Below, one piece after another: positions 9,184-18,705 of a stretch of DNA of 64,000 bases. Below the pieces are notes generated by a model. It did not search any database. It saw nothing but the letters and a program-made list of their open reading frames with translations, and had not been told where the DNA came from. Origin of the DNA: Acidimicrobiales bacterium (GTDB lineage Bacteria > Actinomycetota > Acidimicrobiia > Acidimicrobiales > VFJN01); NCBI GenBank assembly GCA_035641315.1, contig DASQUK010000054.1, positions 348 through 64,347 on the forward strand, read 5' to 3'. Position numbers and translations under genes: made by a program. How positions within the stretch are numbered: position 1 is the first letter of the stretch; each line of letters starts with the position of its first letter.

Positions 9184-10215
9184 TCAGCCGCTGACGAGTG
9201 ACGTGATCTGCTCGAGCAGCGGCGGCGGGCCAGCGACCAGCAAGGTCGTGACGCAACTGGCCCGCCAGCGCTCCAGGTCGTCGCGGATCTTCGCGGGCGG
9301 GCCCACCAGGTAGACGTCCTCCACCATCGGCGTGGTCACGGCGGCGATGGCATCGGACTTGCGGCCGTCCAGGTAGGCCTCCTGGATCTTCTCGCACTCC
9401 GCCTCGTACCCCAGCCGCACGAACACGTCCTTGTGGAAGTTGCGGTCGCGGGCGCCCATGCCGCCGATGTACAACGCGAGGTTGGGCCGCATCAGATCGG
9501 CACAGGCCTCGACGTCGTCGCCCGGGATGAACGGCGCGACGCACGCCACCTCGAAGTCGTCGGCCGTGTGGCGGGCGGCCGGCCGGGCGAACCCCTCGGC
9601 CAGCGCCTGGCGGTAGGAGGCGTCGGCCCGGGGCGAGAAGAACATCGGCAGCCAGCCGTCGCCGATCTCGGCCGCCAGCGCCACGTTCTTCGGTCCCTCG
9701 GCGCCGAGGTAGATCGGGATGTGGGTGCGGAGCGGCCGCACGATCGACTTGAGCGGCCTGCCCAACCCGGTCCCGCCCGGCAACGGCATCGAGTAGTGCT
9801 CGCCGTGGTACTCGACCGGCTCCTCGCGGGCGACGATGCGGCGCACGATGTCGATGTACTCGCGGGTGCGGGACAGGGGCTTGGCGTAGTCCTGCCCGTA
9901 CCAGCCCTCGACCACCTGCGGTCCTGAGACGCCGAGCCCGAGGATCAGCCGGCCGCCCGACAGGTGATCGAGCGTGATGGCGGTCATCGCCGTCGACGCC
10001 GGCGTCCGCGCCGAGATCTGGGTGATGGCCGTGCCCAGCTTGATCCGCTGCGTGGCGGCACCCCACCAGGCGAGGGGGGTGAAGCAGTCGGACCCGTAGG
10101 CCTCCGCGGTCCAGATCGAGTCGAAGCCCAGGGCCTCGGCGGCGGCGATCTGCTCGGCGGCGTCGGGCGGCGGTCCGCTGGGCGGCCAGTACCCGACGAC
10201 CAGCCCGAGCTTCAC
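9184..10215 (-). CDS. LLM-class F420-dependent oxidoreductase
   Basis: 343 aa. MKLGLVVGYW...AEALGFDSIWTAEAYGSD...SGGRLILGLGVSGPQVVEGWYG...GDGWLP is typical of the F420-dependent LLM family. Confidence 0.9.
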   Translation of the reverse strand: MKLGLVVGYWPPSGPPPDAAEQIAAAEALGFDSIWTAEAYGSDCFTPLAWWGAATQRIKLGTAITQISARTPASTAMTAITLDHLSGGRLILGLGVSGPQVVEGWYGQDYAKPLSRTREYIDIVRRIVAREEPVEYHGEHYSMPLPGGTGLGRPLKSIVRPLRTHIPIYLGAEGPKNVALAAEIGDGWLPMFFSPRADASYRQALAEGFARPAARHTADDFEVACVAPFIPGDDVEACADLMRPNLALYIGGMGARDRNFHKDVFVRLGYEAECEKIQEAYLDGRKSDAIAAVTTPMVEDVYLVGPPAKIRDDLERWRASCVTTLLVAGPPPLLEQITSLVSG

Positions 10216-10234
10216 GTGTTGCGCCCTCGGGTCG

Positions 10235-11524
10235 TCACCCGGCGCTGCCCGCCACCCGCAGCTCGTTGTCGTCGGACGAGCCGTTGCTGTCGCCGGAGGT
10301 GGCCTCCTCCACCGCCTCCTGCACGTCCTCGACCTTCTCGGTCGCCTCCTCGACGGTCGCCTGCTGGTCGCCGGGCAGGGTGCCCAGCCCGGCCAGGCCG
10401 GAGAGCATCTCGCGCAGCTGGGTGAGCTGGCCGGTGACGGCGTCGCGCTGGCGGGTGAGCTCGCCGACCTCTCGCTCGGCGGTCTGCTTGGTGACCTCGG
10501 CGTGCGTCTTGGCGTCGAACACGAGCTGCTCGGCTTCGGACTTGGCGTCGGCGGCGGTCCGCTCGGCGAACGCCTTGGCCTTGTCGACGATCTCGTTGGC
10601 TTCGGCCTCGCTGTTGCGCCGGCGCTGCTCGGCGGCCTGCTCGATCTCCTTGGCCCGGGCGTCGGCCGCCTTGGCCCGCTGCTCGGCCTCGGCCACCAGC
10701 TTCTGGGTGGCGGCGACGGCGGAATCGTGGCGCTCGCTCTCCTCGCGCTCGGACCGCTCGCGGCGCTCCGCGAGCTCGAGCTCGAGCGCCTGCAGCTCGG
10801 CCTCGCGCTTCTCCTTGGCCTTGGTGAGCAGCTTGGACGCGGCGGCCCGCTTCTCTTCGGCCTCCCGGGACGCCACGTTGCGCAGCTCGATGATCTCGCG
10901 CTCGGCCGTGGCCCGGATGGTGGCGATCTCGCGCTCGGCCGTGGCGCGGTGCTCCGCGACCTCGTGGTCGGTGACCGAGCGCAGCTGGCTGGTCTCCCGC
11001 TCGGCCTCGGCCCTGAGCGCCTCGGCCTCGCGCTTGGCCGAGGCCCGCAGCTCGTTGGCCTCGCGCTCGGCGGAGTCGCGCGTGGCCTTGGCCTCGCGCT
11101 CCGCGGCGGTCTTGACGGCGGTGGCGACGGCGCGGGCCTTCTCGACCACCTCCTTGGATTCGAGGTGAGCGGCGGCGATCAGCTTCTCGGCCTCGCGCTT
11201 GGACTCGCCGCGGTGCTCCTTGGCCTGCTCCTCGGCCAGCCGCAGCAGCTGCTCGACGCGCGTGCCCAGCCCGGACAGCGTGGGCTGCGCCCGCTCCTCG
11301 AGTTGCTTGGCCTGTTCAGCGACCTTGCGTTCGAGCTCGTTGATGCGATCGCGGGCGTCGGTGGTGCCGGTCTTGGCCTTGGCGGCGGTGGTGGTCAGTT
11401 CGTCGATGCGGGCCTGCAGCCGCTCGATGAACATGTCGACCTGTGTGCGCTCGTAACCCCTGAGGACGATGGTGAAGTCAGGGGTGCCGGCGCTGTCGGT
11501 CGTCGGCGAAGTGGTTGTCCCCAT
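10235..11524 (-). CDS. DivIVA-domain coiled-coil protein
   Basis: N-terminal FTIVLRGYERTQVDMFIERL (DivIVA RGY..xVD.F motif), followed by about 300 aa of E/A/R/K-rich heptad-like repeats (AEREA..., ATAEREIATIRATAEREIIELR). Confidence 0.8.
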   Translation of the reverse strand: MGTTTSPTTDSAGTPDFTIVLRGYERTQVDMFIERLQARIDELTTTAAKAKTGTTDARDRINELERKVAEQAKQLEERAQPTLSGLGTRVEQLLRLAEEQAKEHRGESKREAEKLIAAAHLESKEVVEKARAVATAVKTAAEREAKATRDSAEREANELRASAKREAEALRAEAERETSQLRSVTDHEVAEHRATAEREIATIRATAEREIIELRNVASREAEEKRAAASKLLTKAKEKREAELQALELELAERRERSEREESERHDSAVAATQKLVAEAEQRAKAADARAKEIEQAAEQRRRNSEAEANEIVDKAKAFAERTAADAKSEAEQLVFDAKTHAEVTKQTAEREVGELTRQRDAVTGQLTQLREMLSGLAGLGTLPGDQQATVEEATEKVEDVQEAVEEATSGDSNGSSDDNELRVAGSAG

Positions 11525-11557
11525 GAGGTTCCACTATGACAGACCTGGCAAGGGTCG

Positions 11558-12808
11558 GTGGCCTGCGTGGGCCCCAAAATTTCGCCGCCGGCGGCCGGTA
11601 GGTTCCCTGTCGTGTCGACTGTCGGCGATCGCGGAGAACCAGCGGACACCGCAGCCTGCGAGCCCGAGACGACGGGAGCGGTGCTGGCGGCACTCTCCGC
11701 GGCCATGCGGGCGGTCACGCTGGGGTCGTCGCTCGATCGCGTCCTGCACCAGCTCGCCGAGAGCGCCCGCGAACTGGTGGGCGCCCGCTATGCCGCCATC
11801 GGTCTGCCCGAGCCCGAGGGCGACGAGTTCTCCCGCTTCATCACCGTGGGGATGAGCGACGAGCTCATCGGGCAGCTCGGTCCCCTGCCGCGCACCCACG
11901 GCCTGCTCGACGCCATGCTCACCGACCCGTCGCCGTTCCGCACCGACGACATCACCAAGGACCCACGCTTCCGGGGCTGGTGGCCGGCCGCCCACCCGCA
12001 GATGCGCTCCTTCCTCGGCGTGCCCATCGTGTCGGCCGGCGACATCATCGGCGCCTTCTACCTGACCGACAAGCGGGGGGAGGCCGGCTTCAGCGCCGCC
12101 GACGAATCGGCCGTGGTCCTGCTCGCCTCGCACGCCGCCATCGCCATCGACCAGGCCCGCCTGTTCGAGGACAGCCGGGAGCTCGCGCTGGTGCAGGAGC
12201 GGGGGCGGCTGGCCCGCGAGCTGCACGACGCCATGAGCCAATCGCTGTTCAGCCTGCAGCTGTCGGCCGAGACGGCCGGGCGACTGCTGGAGCGCAACCC
12301 GGCGGGCGCAGCCGAGCAGCTCGCCGCGGTGCGGGCGCTCGCCGGTCGCGTGGCGGCCGAGCTGCGAACCACGGTCGAGGGGCTGCGACCCGCCGACCTC
12401 GAGCGCGACGGGCTCGTCGCCACCTTGGACACGCAGCTCACCGTGGCGGGCCGCGCCCACGACGTGCCGGTGGAGCTCGAGGCGGGCGAGCTGCCGGAGC
12501 TCGACCCCGACGACGAGCATCAGATCCTCCGGATCGCCCAAGAGGCGGTCACCAACGCCCTCCATCACGCGGACGCCAAGCGGGTGCGGGTGACGCTCGG
12601 CGCCGAGGCGGGTCCTGACGGCAACAAGGCGCTCGTGCTGCGCGTCGGCGACGACGGCCGCGGCTTCGATCCGACGGCCCGCGCCGTGCGGGCGCGCCGC
12701 CTGGGGCTCACCTCGATGAACGAGCGGGCCGCCTCACTCGGCGGCTCGCTCACGATCACCTCGGCGCCCGGTGAGGGCACCACGGTCGAGCTCCGGATGC
12801 TCCAGTAG
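11558..12808 (+). CDS. GAF-domain sensor histidine kinase (HisKA_3 / NarX-DesK type)
   Basis: GAF-like N-half (ARYAAIGLP...FLGVPIV). H-box LARELHDAMSQSLF. HATPase motifs NALHHA, DDGRGF, GLTSMNERA. Start uncertain (GTG 11558 or GTG 11612). Confidence 0.85.
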   Translation: MACVGPKISPPAAGRFPVVSTVGDRGEPADTAACEPETTGAVLAALSAAMRAVTLGSSLDRVLHQLAESARELVGARYAAIGLPEPEGDEFSRFITVGMSDELIGQLGPLPRTHGLLDAMLTDPSPFRTDDITKDPRFRGWWPAAHPQMRSFLGVPIVSAGDIIGAFYLTDKRGEAGFSAADESAVVLLASHAAIAIDQARLFEDSRELALVQERGRLARELHDAMSQSLFSLQLSAETAGRLLERNPAGAAEQLAAVRALAGRVAAELRTTVEGLRPADLERDGLVATLDTQLTVAGRAHDVPVELEAGELPELDPDDEHQILRIAQEAVTNALHHADAKRVRVTLGAEAGPDGNKALVLRVGDDGRGFDPTARAVRARRLGLTSMNERAASLGGSLTITSAPGEGTTVELRMLQ

Positions 12809-12829
12809 GTCTTCGAAGGAAAGTGGGCC

Positions 12830-13525
12830 ATGACCCCAGAAGATCTTCGAAGACCGATCCGGGTGGCGATCAGCGACGACCACCCAGTGGTGCGCCAGGG
12901 CCTGCGGTCGTTCCTCGAGGCCCAGGGGTTCGAGGTCGTGGGCGAGGCCGCCGACGGCGACGAGGCGGTGGGTCTGGTCGAACGCACGCACCCCGACGTG
13001 CTGCTCACCGACATCGTCATGCCCGGCGTCGACGGCATCGAGGCGATCCGCCGGCTGCGGGCGGCGGGGTCGTCCGTCGGCATCCTGGTGCTCACCAGCT
13101 TCAGCGGCGCGGAGCAGGTGATCCCCGCCATCCAGGCCGGCGCCGACGGCTACATGCTCAAGGACGCCGGGCCCGACGCCCTGGATGGCGCCATCCGGGC
13201 GGTGCACCGGGGCGAGCCGTTGCTGGCGCCCGAGGCGGCGGCGGTGGTCATGGCCAAGGTGGCTGACGCCTCCGACCCGGCGTCGGGGGCCGGCGGCGCG
13301 GCATCGACCGATCCCGACGTCGAGCGGCTCACGGCCCGCGAGCGCGAGGTGCTGGCCGGGCTGGGGCGGGGGCTGTCCAACCGGCAGCTCGCCGCCGAGC
13401 TGTACGTGTCGGAGAAGACGGTGAAGACACACGTCTCCAACGTGCTCGCCAAGCTGCGGCTGGCCGACCGCACGCAGGCGGCGCTCTTCGCCGTCCGGGT
13501 GGGCCTGGTCGACCCACGCGCCTAG
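12830..13525 (+). CDS. LuxR/NarL-family response regulator
   Basis: Receiver (VAISDDHPVV...LLTDIVMPGVDG...LTS). C-terminal HTH LTAREREVLAGLGRGLSNRQLAAELYVSEKTVKTHVSNVLAKL. Confidence 0.93.
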   Translation: MTPEDLRRPIRVAISDDHPVVRQGLRSFLEAQGFEVVGEAADGDEAVGLVERTHPDVLLTDIVMPGVDGIEAIRRLRAAGSSVGILVLTSFSGAEQVIPAIQAGADGYMLKDAGPDALDGAIRAVHRGEPLLAPEAAAVVMAKVADASDPASGAGGAASTDPDVERLTAREREVLAGLGRGLSNRQLAAELYVSEKTVKTHVSNVLAKLRLADRTQAALFAVRVGLVDPRA

Positions 13526-13627
13526 CTCTGGCCTAGGTCCCGCGACCGAGCCAGAACCCGTCCCGGGGCCGATGGCAGACACCCGGTCGCTCCTTACGTT
13601 GCCCTCAGACGACGAAGGAGCTCGAAA

Positions 13628-14362
13628 GTGCGAAGGACAGCTCTCATCACGGGTGGCAGCCGGGGGTTCGGATTGGCCCTGGCCCGCCGCCTCGCATCGG
13701 ACGGCTGGAACCTGGTGGTCGACGGCCGGGACGCCGCGGCGCTCGAGGGAGCGCGGCGCGAGATCGACGCTGCCGGTCCGGGGACGGTCATCGCCCTGGC
13801 CGGCGACATCACCGACCCGGTCCACGTCGCGGCACTGGTGAACGCGGCCGCCGGGCAGGGCAGCTTCGAGCTGCTGGTCAACAACGCCGGCACCCTCGGG
13901 CCCTCCCCCCTCCCGCACGTCGCCTGGTTGCGGACCGCCGACCTGGAGCGGATCCTGCAGACCAACGTGGTGGCGCCGCTGCGGCTGGTGCAGGCCGCCC
14001 TCCCCCACCTGCGGGCCGCCCGGGGCGCGATCGTCAACGTGACCTCCGACGCCGCGGTCGAGGGCTACGAGGGGTGGGGCGGCTACGGCGCCTCCAAGGC
14101 GGCGCTGGAGCAGCTCAGCCGGGTGCTGGCGGCCGAGGAGGCCGACCTGCGGGTTTGGTGTGTCGACCCCGGCGACATGCGCACGCAGATGCACCAGGAC
14201 GCGTTCCCGGGCGAGGACATCTCGGATCGCCCCACGCCCGAGAGCCGGGTGCCGGGGCTGGTGCGCCTGATCGACGAGCGCCGGCCGAGCGGCCGTTACC
14301 GGGTCGAGGACCTGTTGGATGCGGCCGGCCCCGCATCCGACGGAGAGCTGGTCGGCTTGTGA
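13628..14362 (+). CDS. SDR-family oxidoreductase
   Basis: GTG start. TGGSRGFG glycine motif, NNAG, YGASKAAL (YxxxK). Confidence 0.9.
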   Translation: MRRTALITGGSRGFGLALARRLASDGWNLVVDGRDAAALEGARREIDAAGPGTVIALAGDITDPVHVAALVNAAAGQGSFELLVNNAGTLGPSPLPHVAWLRTADLERILQTNVVAPLRLVQAALPHLRAARGAIVNVTSDAAVEGYEGWGGYGASKAALEQLSRVLAAEEADLRVWCVDPGDMRTQMHQDAFPGEDISDRPTPESRVPGLVRLIDERRPSGRYRVEDLLDAAGPASDGELVGL

Positions 14363-14420
14363 GCGAGCGTAAGCGAGCGAACCATAGGCACAGTGGGTTA
14401 CTCGCCGCGGAGCGGCGATC

Positions 14421-14453
14421 TCTCATTGCCGTGCCGGAGGCACGGCAATGAGA
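14421..14453 (+). promoter_or_regulatory. perfect 15-bp-stem hairpin enclosing the queA-like SD (loop) and start codon (3' arm)
   Basis: tctcattgccgtgcc-GGA-ggcacggcaATGaga. The loop plus first stem bases spell GGAGG. ATG at 14448 is inside the stem. Preceded by a 7-bp hairpin tcgccgc-gga-gcggcga (14402-14418). Confidence 0.6.
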
Positions 14454-15527
14454 GTCATCGACACCTCCGGGCTGCGCTCGTTCCGCATCCCGATCGGCGG
14501 CGAGGCCGGCACGCCCGTCGAGCTGCTGCGGGGTGATGGGCGGCTCGGGTCGGACGCCCGGGCCGACGTGCGGCTGATGGTGGCCCGCCGGGCCGGCACC
14601 GAGATCATCCACCGGCGGTTCGTCGACTTGGGCGACGCCTTGGACGCCGGCGACCTGCTGGTGGTCAACACCTCGGCCGTGGTGCCGGCCGCCCTCGACG
14701 CCCGGGGAAGCGACGGGAACGGGCTGCGCCTGCACCTGTCGACCGAGCAGCCGGGCGGCTTCTGGGTCGTCGAGCCCCGCCATCCCGCCGGGCCGGGGAC
14801 CGAGCGCTACGTCGGCACGCCGCCCGCCCACCTGGTGCTGCCGGGCGGCGGTCGGGCCGAGCTGCTGGCGCCCTACCCGGCGGGCACGGGACTGGTGCGG
14901 CTGTGGCTCGCCCGCCTCGACGTGCCCGGCGAGCTCCTGGCCTACCTGCGGGCCCATGGGCAGCCGATCCGTTACGCCCACGCCGATCGGGCGTGGCCGA
15001 TCGAGGCCTACCAGTCGGTGTTCTCCCGGGATCCTGGTTCGGCCGAGATGCCGAGCGCGGCCCGCCCGTTCACCGAGTCGCTGGTGACCGAGCTGGTGAC
15101 GCGGGGCATCGTCCTCGCCCCGATCACCCTCCACACTGGCGTCTCGTCGCAGGAGGCCGGCGAGCCCCCCTACGCCGAGCGCTACGAGGTGCCGGGAGCC
15201 ACGGCGTCGCTGGTCAACGCCGCCCACGCCGACGGCCACCGGGTGATCGCCGTGGGCACCACCGTGGTACGGGCCCTGGAGTCGACGGCGGACGAGGCCG
15301 GCCGGTCGCACCCGGGCCGAGGCTGGACCGAGCTCGTGGTCACGCCCGATCGGGGCGTACGGGTGGTCGACGGGCTCGTGACCGGCTGGCACGAGCCGGA
15401 GTCGTCACACCTGGCGATGCTGGAGTCGATCGCCGGCCGGCACCTGCTGGACGCCTCGTACGCGGCGGCGGTCGGCGAGGGCTACCGCTGGCACGAGTTC
15501 GGCGACAGCCATCTGATCCTTCCGTAG
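14448..15527 (+). CDS. queA: S-adenosylmethionine:tRNA ribosyltransferase-isomerase-like protein
   Basis: 359 aa. LLVVNTSAVVPA, SAEMPSAARPFT, AVGTTVVRALES, GWHEPESSHLAMLES, YRWHEFGDSHLIL match the QueA family pattern. Confidence 0.8.
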   Translation: MRVIDTSGLRSFRIPIGGEAGTPVELLRGDGRLGSDARADVRLMVARRAGTEIIHRRFVDLGDALDAGDLLVVNTSAVVPAALDARGSDGNGLRLHLSTEQPGGFWVVEPRHPAGPGTERYVGTPPAHLVLPGGGRAELLAPYPAGTGLVRLWLARLDVPGELLAYLRAHGQPIRYAHADRAWPIEAYQSVFSRDPGSAEMPSAARPFTESLVTELVTRGIVLAPITLHTGVSSQEAGEPPYAERYEVPGATASLVNAAHADGHRVIAVGTTVVRALESTADEAGRSHPGRGWTELVVTPDRGVRVVDGLVTGWHEPESSHLAMLESIAGRHLLDASYAAAVGEGYRWHEFGDSHLILP

Positions 15528-15532
15528 ACCTC

Positions 15533-16309
15533 TCAGGGAATCGTCGGCGGCTCGCCGCCGCCCAGCAGGCCGAGGTCGCCGGCGGTGGCGCCCCCGTCGA
15601 CGCTCAGCTCGGCGCCGGTGGTGTAGCTCGACTGGTCGCTGGCGAGGAACAGCACGGCCCGCGCCGCCTCCTCGGGGCTGCCCATGCGGGACACGGGGAG
15701 GCGCTTGTAGAAGGGCGAGTCCTTGTCGGTGCCCTCGAGCATCGGGGTGTCGATCCCACCGGGGTGCACCGAGTTCACCCGGATTCCCTTGGGGCCGAGG
15801 TCGATGGCCGCCGTCTTGGTCAGGCCCCGGACCGCCCACTTGCTGGCCACGTAGGCGCCCAGGTACGGCAGCCCCGTGAGCCCGGCGGTCGAAGAGATGT
15901 TGACGATCGACCCGCCTCCCGCCCTGGCCATCGACGGCGCCACGGTCTTCATGCCGAGGAACACGCCGGTGACGTTGACCTGCAGGATGCGGTCGAAGTC
16001 GGCCCGCTGGGTCTGGTCGATGGCCTGGAACATGAGGATGCCGGCGTTGTTCACCAGCACGGTCACCGGGCCGAACCGCTCCTCGGTCAGCGCCACCGCC
16101 GCCTCCCATTGCGCCTCGTCGGTGACGTCGAGGTGCGTGTACAGCGCAGCTTCGGGGCCCAGCTCGTCGGCCACCGCCCCGCCGGCGTCGTCGAGCACGT
16201 CACCGATGACGACCCGGGCGCCCTCGGCCACGAACAGGCGTGCCTCGGCCTCGCCCTGCCCCCGTGCCCCGCCGCTGATGATGGCGACCTTGCCGTCGAG
16301 GCTTCCCAT
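15533..16309 (-). CDS. SDR, 3-alpha(20-beta)-hydroxysteroid dehydrogenase-like (FabG3-like)
   Basis: ATG at 16309 (GGGGAG SD). KVAIISGGARGQG, LVNNAGI, YVASKWAVRGLTK, GIRVNSVHPGGIDTPM. By recollection closely resembles mycobacterial FabG3. Confidence 0.9.
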   Translation of the reverse strand: MGSLDGKVAIISGGARGQGEAEARLFVAEGARVVIGDVLDDAGGAVADELGPEAALYTHLDVTDEAQWEAAVALTEERFGPVTVLVNNAGILMFQAIDQTQRADFDRILQVNVTGVFLGMKTVAPSMARAGGGSIVNISSTAGLTGLPYLGAYVASKWAVRGLTKTAAIDLGPKGIRVNSVHPGGIDTPMLEGTDKDSPFYKRLPVSRMGSPEEAARAVLFLASDQSSYTTGAELSVDGGATAGDLGLLGGGEPPTIP

Positions 16310-16328
16310 CCCACTCCCCTTTCGAGCC

Positions 16329-17498
16329 CTAGGGCTTGTCGGCACCCACGGCCCACATCGAGAAGAACTGCGACCCTCCGCCGTAGGCATGGCCCAGCGC
16401 CACTCGGGCGCCGTCGATCTGATGTTCACCGGCCTGGCCCCGCACCTGCATGGCGGCCTCGGCGAAGCGGATCATCCCCGAGGCGCCGATGGGGTTGGAC
16501 GACAGCACGCCGCCCGACGGGTTCCAGGGGATGTCGCCGTCCATCTGCGTGGCGCCGTCCTCCACGAGGGTCCAGCCCTTGCCCGGCTCCGCGAACCCCA
16601 GGTTCTCGAGCCACATCGGCTCGTACCACGAGAAGGGCACGTACACCTCGGCCACGTCGAACTGCGTCCGGGGATCGGTGATGCCGGCCTGCCCATAGAC
16701 GTCGGCGGCGCAGTCCCGCCCCGCCCGGGGGTTCACCAGGTCGCGGCCGGGGAACATGGTCGGCTCGGAGCGCATCGCGCCACCCAGCATCCACGCCGGC
16801 CGGCGGCCGGCGCCGGCGGCTTCGTCACCGCCGGCCTCGTCGGTGAGGATCATGGCGCAGGCCCCGTCGGACGACGGGCAGGTCTCCGAGTAGCGGACCG
16901 GGTCCCACAGCATGATCGAGTCCCGCACCTTCTCGAAGGTGATGTCGTGCTCGTGCAGGTGGGCCTTGGGGTTGCGCAGGGCGTTCTGCCGGTCCTTGAG
17001 CGCCACCAGCACGCCGATGTGGTCGGGCGCCCCCGAGCGGCGCATGTAGGCCCGGATGTGCGGGGCGAAGTAGCCGCCGGCGCCGGCCACCAGCGGCGGC
17101 TGGAACGGGATCGGCAGGGTGAGCGCCCACATGGCCTCGCTTTCCGACTGCTTCTCGAAGGCCACGGTGAGCACCCGGCGATGGATCCCGGCCTGCACCA
17201 GGCTGGCCGCCACCAGGGCCGTGGAGCCGCCCACCGAGCCGGCCGTGTGCACGCGCAGCATCGGCTTGCCCACGCACCCCAGGGCATCGGCGAGGTACAG
17301 CTCGGGCATCATCACGCCCTCGAAGAAGTCGGGCGCCTTGCCGACAACCACCGCCTCGATGTCCGACCAGGGCATCTCGGCGTCGGCCAGCGCCTCGTGG
17401 GCGGCCTCACGCACGAGCCCGGCGATCGACACGTCCCCCCGGGTCGCCTGGTGCCTGGTCTGGCCGATGCCGACGACGGCGACTCGCTCCTTTCCCAT
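16329..17498 (-). CDS. thiolase-fold lipid-transfer (Ltp / SCP-x-type) protein
   Basis: 389 aa. VAVVGIGQT..., HTAGSVGGSTALV, CPSSDGACAMIL, NPSGGVLSSNPIGASGM. Confidence 0.9.
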   Translation of the reverse strand: MGKERVAVVGIGQTRHQATRGDVSIAGLVREAAHEALADAEMPWSDIEAVVVGKAPDFFEGVMMPELYLADALGCVGKPMLRVHTAGSVGGSTALVAASLVQAGIHRRVLTVAFEKQSESEAMWALTLPIPFQPPLVAGAGGYFAPHIRAYMRRSGAPDHIGVLVALKDRQNALRNPKAHLHEHDITFEKVRDSIMLWDPVRYSETCPSSDGACAMILTDEAGGDEAAGAGRRPAWMLGGAMRSEPTMFPGRDLVNPRAGRDCAADVYGQAGITDPRTQFDVAEVYVPFSWYEPMWLENLGFAEPGKGWTLVEDGATQMDGDIPWNPSGGVLSSNPIGASGMIRFAEAAMQVRGQAGEHQIDGARVALGHAYGGGSQFFSMWAVGADKP

Positions 17499-17505
17499 CG
17501 CTCGG

Positions 17506-18705
17506 TCAATCATTCCCGCTCTTGGCGGCTTCGGCGCCGGGCCGCTCGGGCTGCGACGCTGTGTTTCCCGCTCTTGTCGCCTTCGGCGACGGGCCGCTCG
17601 GGCCCGGGGCTGGCTGCATTGCGGACGCTCGTTCAGGCCCCTCGAGCACGCACACCAGGTTCTGTTGCAGGCAGGGACCGCTGGTGGCGTGGGCCACCGC
17701 CCGCCCGGCCTCGCCCCGCTGGATGCGGCCGGCGGCCTCGCCGATCCGGATGAGCCCGGCGGCCATGATCGGGTTGGCGGCCAGCGCGCCGCCCGACGGG
17801 TTGATGGCCACCCGGTCCCCGTCGCCGTTGCCGAGGCCGAGGGCGTTGCGCAGCAGCACCTCCTGGTGGGTGAAGGGCGCGTGCAGCTCGGCCACATCGA
17901 CCGGTGCGGCGCCGACCACCCCGGCCCGCTCGCCGGCCAGGCGGGTCGAGATGGAGGCCGTGAGGTCGCGCACGCCGAGGCCGTGGGCCTCGATGCGGTG
18001 GTCGATCCCCCGGATCCAGGCCGGGCGGTCCACCAGCTCGCGGGCCCGGTCGCCGGCCGCCAGGATCAGGGCCGCCGCCCCGTCGGTGATCGGCGGGCAG
18101 TCGTGGCGGCGCAGCGGCGAGGCGATCTCGGGCTCCTTCAGCAAGACGTCCGGGTCGTCGGAGCCCTGCAGCTGGGCGAAGGGGTTGCCGGCCGCGGCCC
18201 GGCGGCTGCGGGCGGCGATCTCCGCCATCTCCGCGACCGAGGTCACTCCGGCCTCGATGCACGCCCGGGCCTGGAGGGCGGCAAGCGCCACGCTGTCCGG
18301 CCACAGCGGCGCCACGTAGTAGGGGTCGAGCTGGCGGGACAGCACGTCGCGCAGCGATCCCGGTGACGCCTTGCCGTAGCTGTAGACCAGCGCGGTGTCC
18401 GCGGCCCCGGTCTGGATCTTCACCCAGGCCTCGTAGAGGGCCCAGGCGCCGTCCATCTCGACGTGGCTCTCGCTGATGGGCGGGAACGCTCCGACCCCGT
18501 CGAGCGTCGATACGAAGCTGAAGGCGGCACCCGCCAGGTAGTCAGAGCTACCGGAGCAGGTGAAGTCGATCTGGGCCTGGTCGAGCCCCACGTCCGCCTT
18601 CACCTGGTGCAGCACGGGCATGAGCAGTTCGACCTCGTTGCGCCGCTGCTCGCGCCGCATGTGGTGCGACTGGGCGAAGGCCACCACCGCGACGTCGCGA
18701 GTCAC
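17506..18705 (-). CDS. thiolase-fold Ltp-like protein, ORF extended about 40 aa at the C-terminus through R1 repeats
   Basis: GTG 18705 overlaps the upstream stop (GTGA). CPPITDGAAALIL, INPSGGALAANPIMAAGL, ...LQQNLVCVLEG, then the tail PERASAMQPAPGPSGPSPKATRAGNTASQPERPGAEAAKSGND encoded by repeats 17515-17640. Confidence 0.85.
   Translation of the reverse strand: MTRDVAVVAFAQSHHMRREQRRNEVELLMPVLHQVKADVGLDQAQIDFTCSGSSDYLAGAAFSFVSTLDGVGAFPPISESHVEMDGAWALYEAWVKIQTGAADTALVYSYGKASPGSLRDVLSRQLDPYYVAPLWPDSVALAALQARACIEAGVTSVAEMAEIAARSRRAAAGNPFAQLQGSDDPDVLLKEPEIASPLRRHDCPPITDGAAALILAAGDRARELVDRPAWIRGIDHRIEAHGLGVRDLTASISTRLAGERAGVVGAAPVDVAELHAPFTHQEVLLRNALGLGNGDGDRVAINPSGGALAANPIMAAGLIRIGEAAGRIQRGEAGRAVAHATSGPCLQQNLVCVLEGPERASAMQPAPGPSGPSPKATRAGNTASQPERPGAEAAKSGND
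17515..17640 (+). repeat. R1 repeat dimer plus degenerate tail module
   Basis: Units at 17515-17550 (GGCGGC-ttc-GGCGCC core) and 17567-17602 (GTCGCC-ttc-GGCGAC core). Tail ...gcggacgctcgttcagg. Confidence 0.85.

Noticed and set aside
14363-14447. preQ1 or other known riboswitch upstream of the queA-like gene
   Set aside because: No preQ1-I/II/III consensus blocks are recognisable. Only generic hairpins are present, and these are reported as a structural observation.
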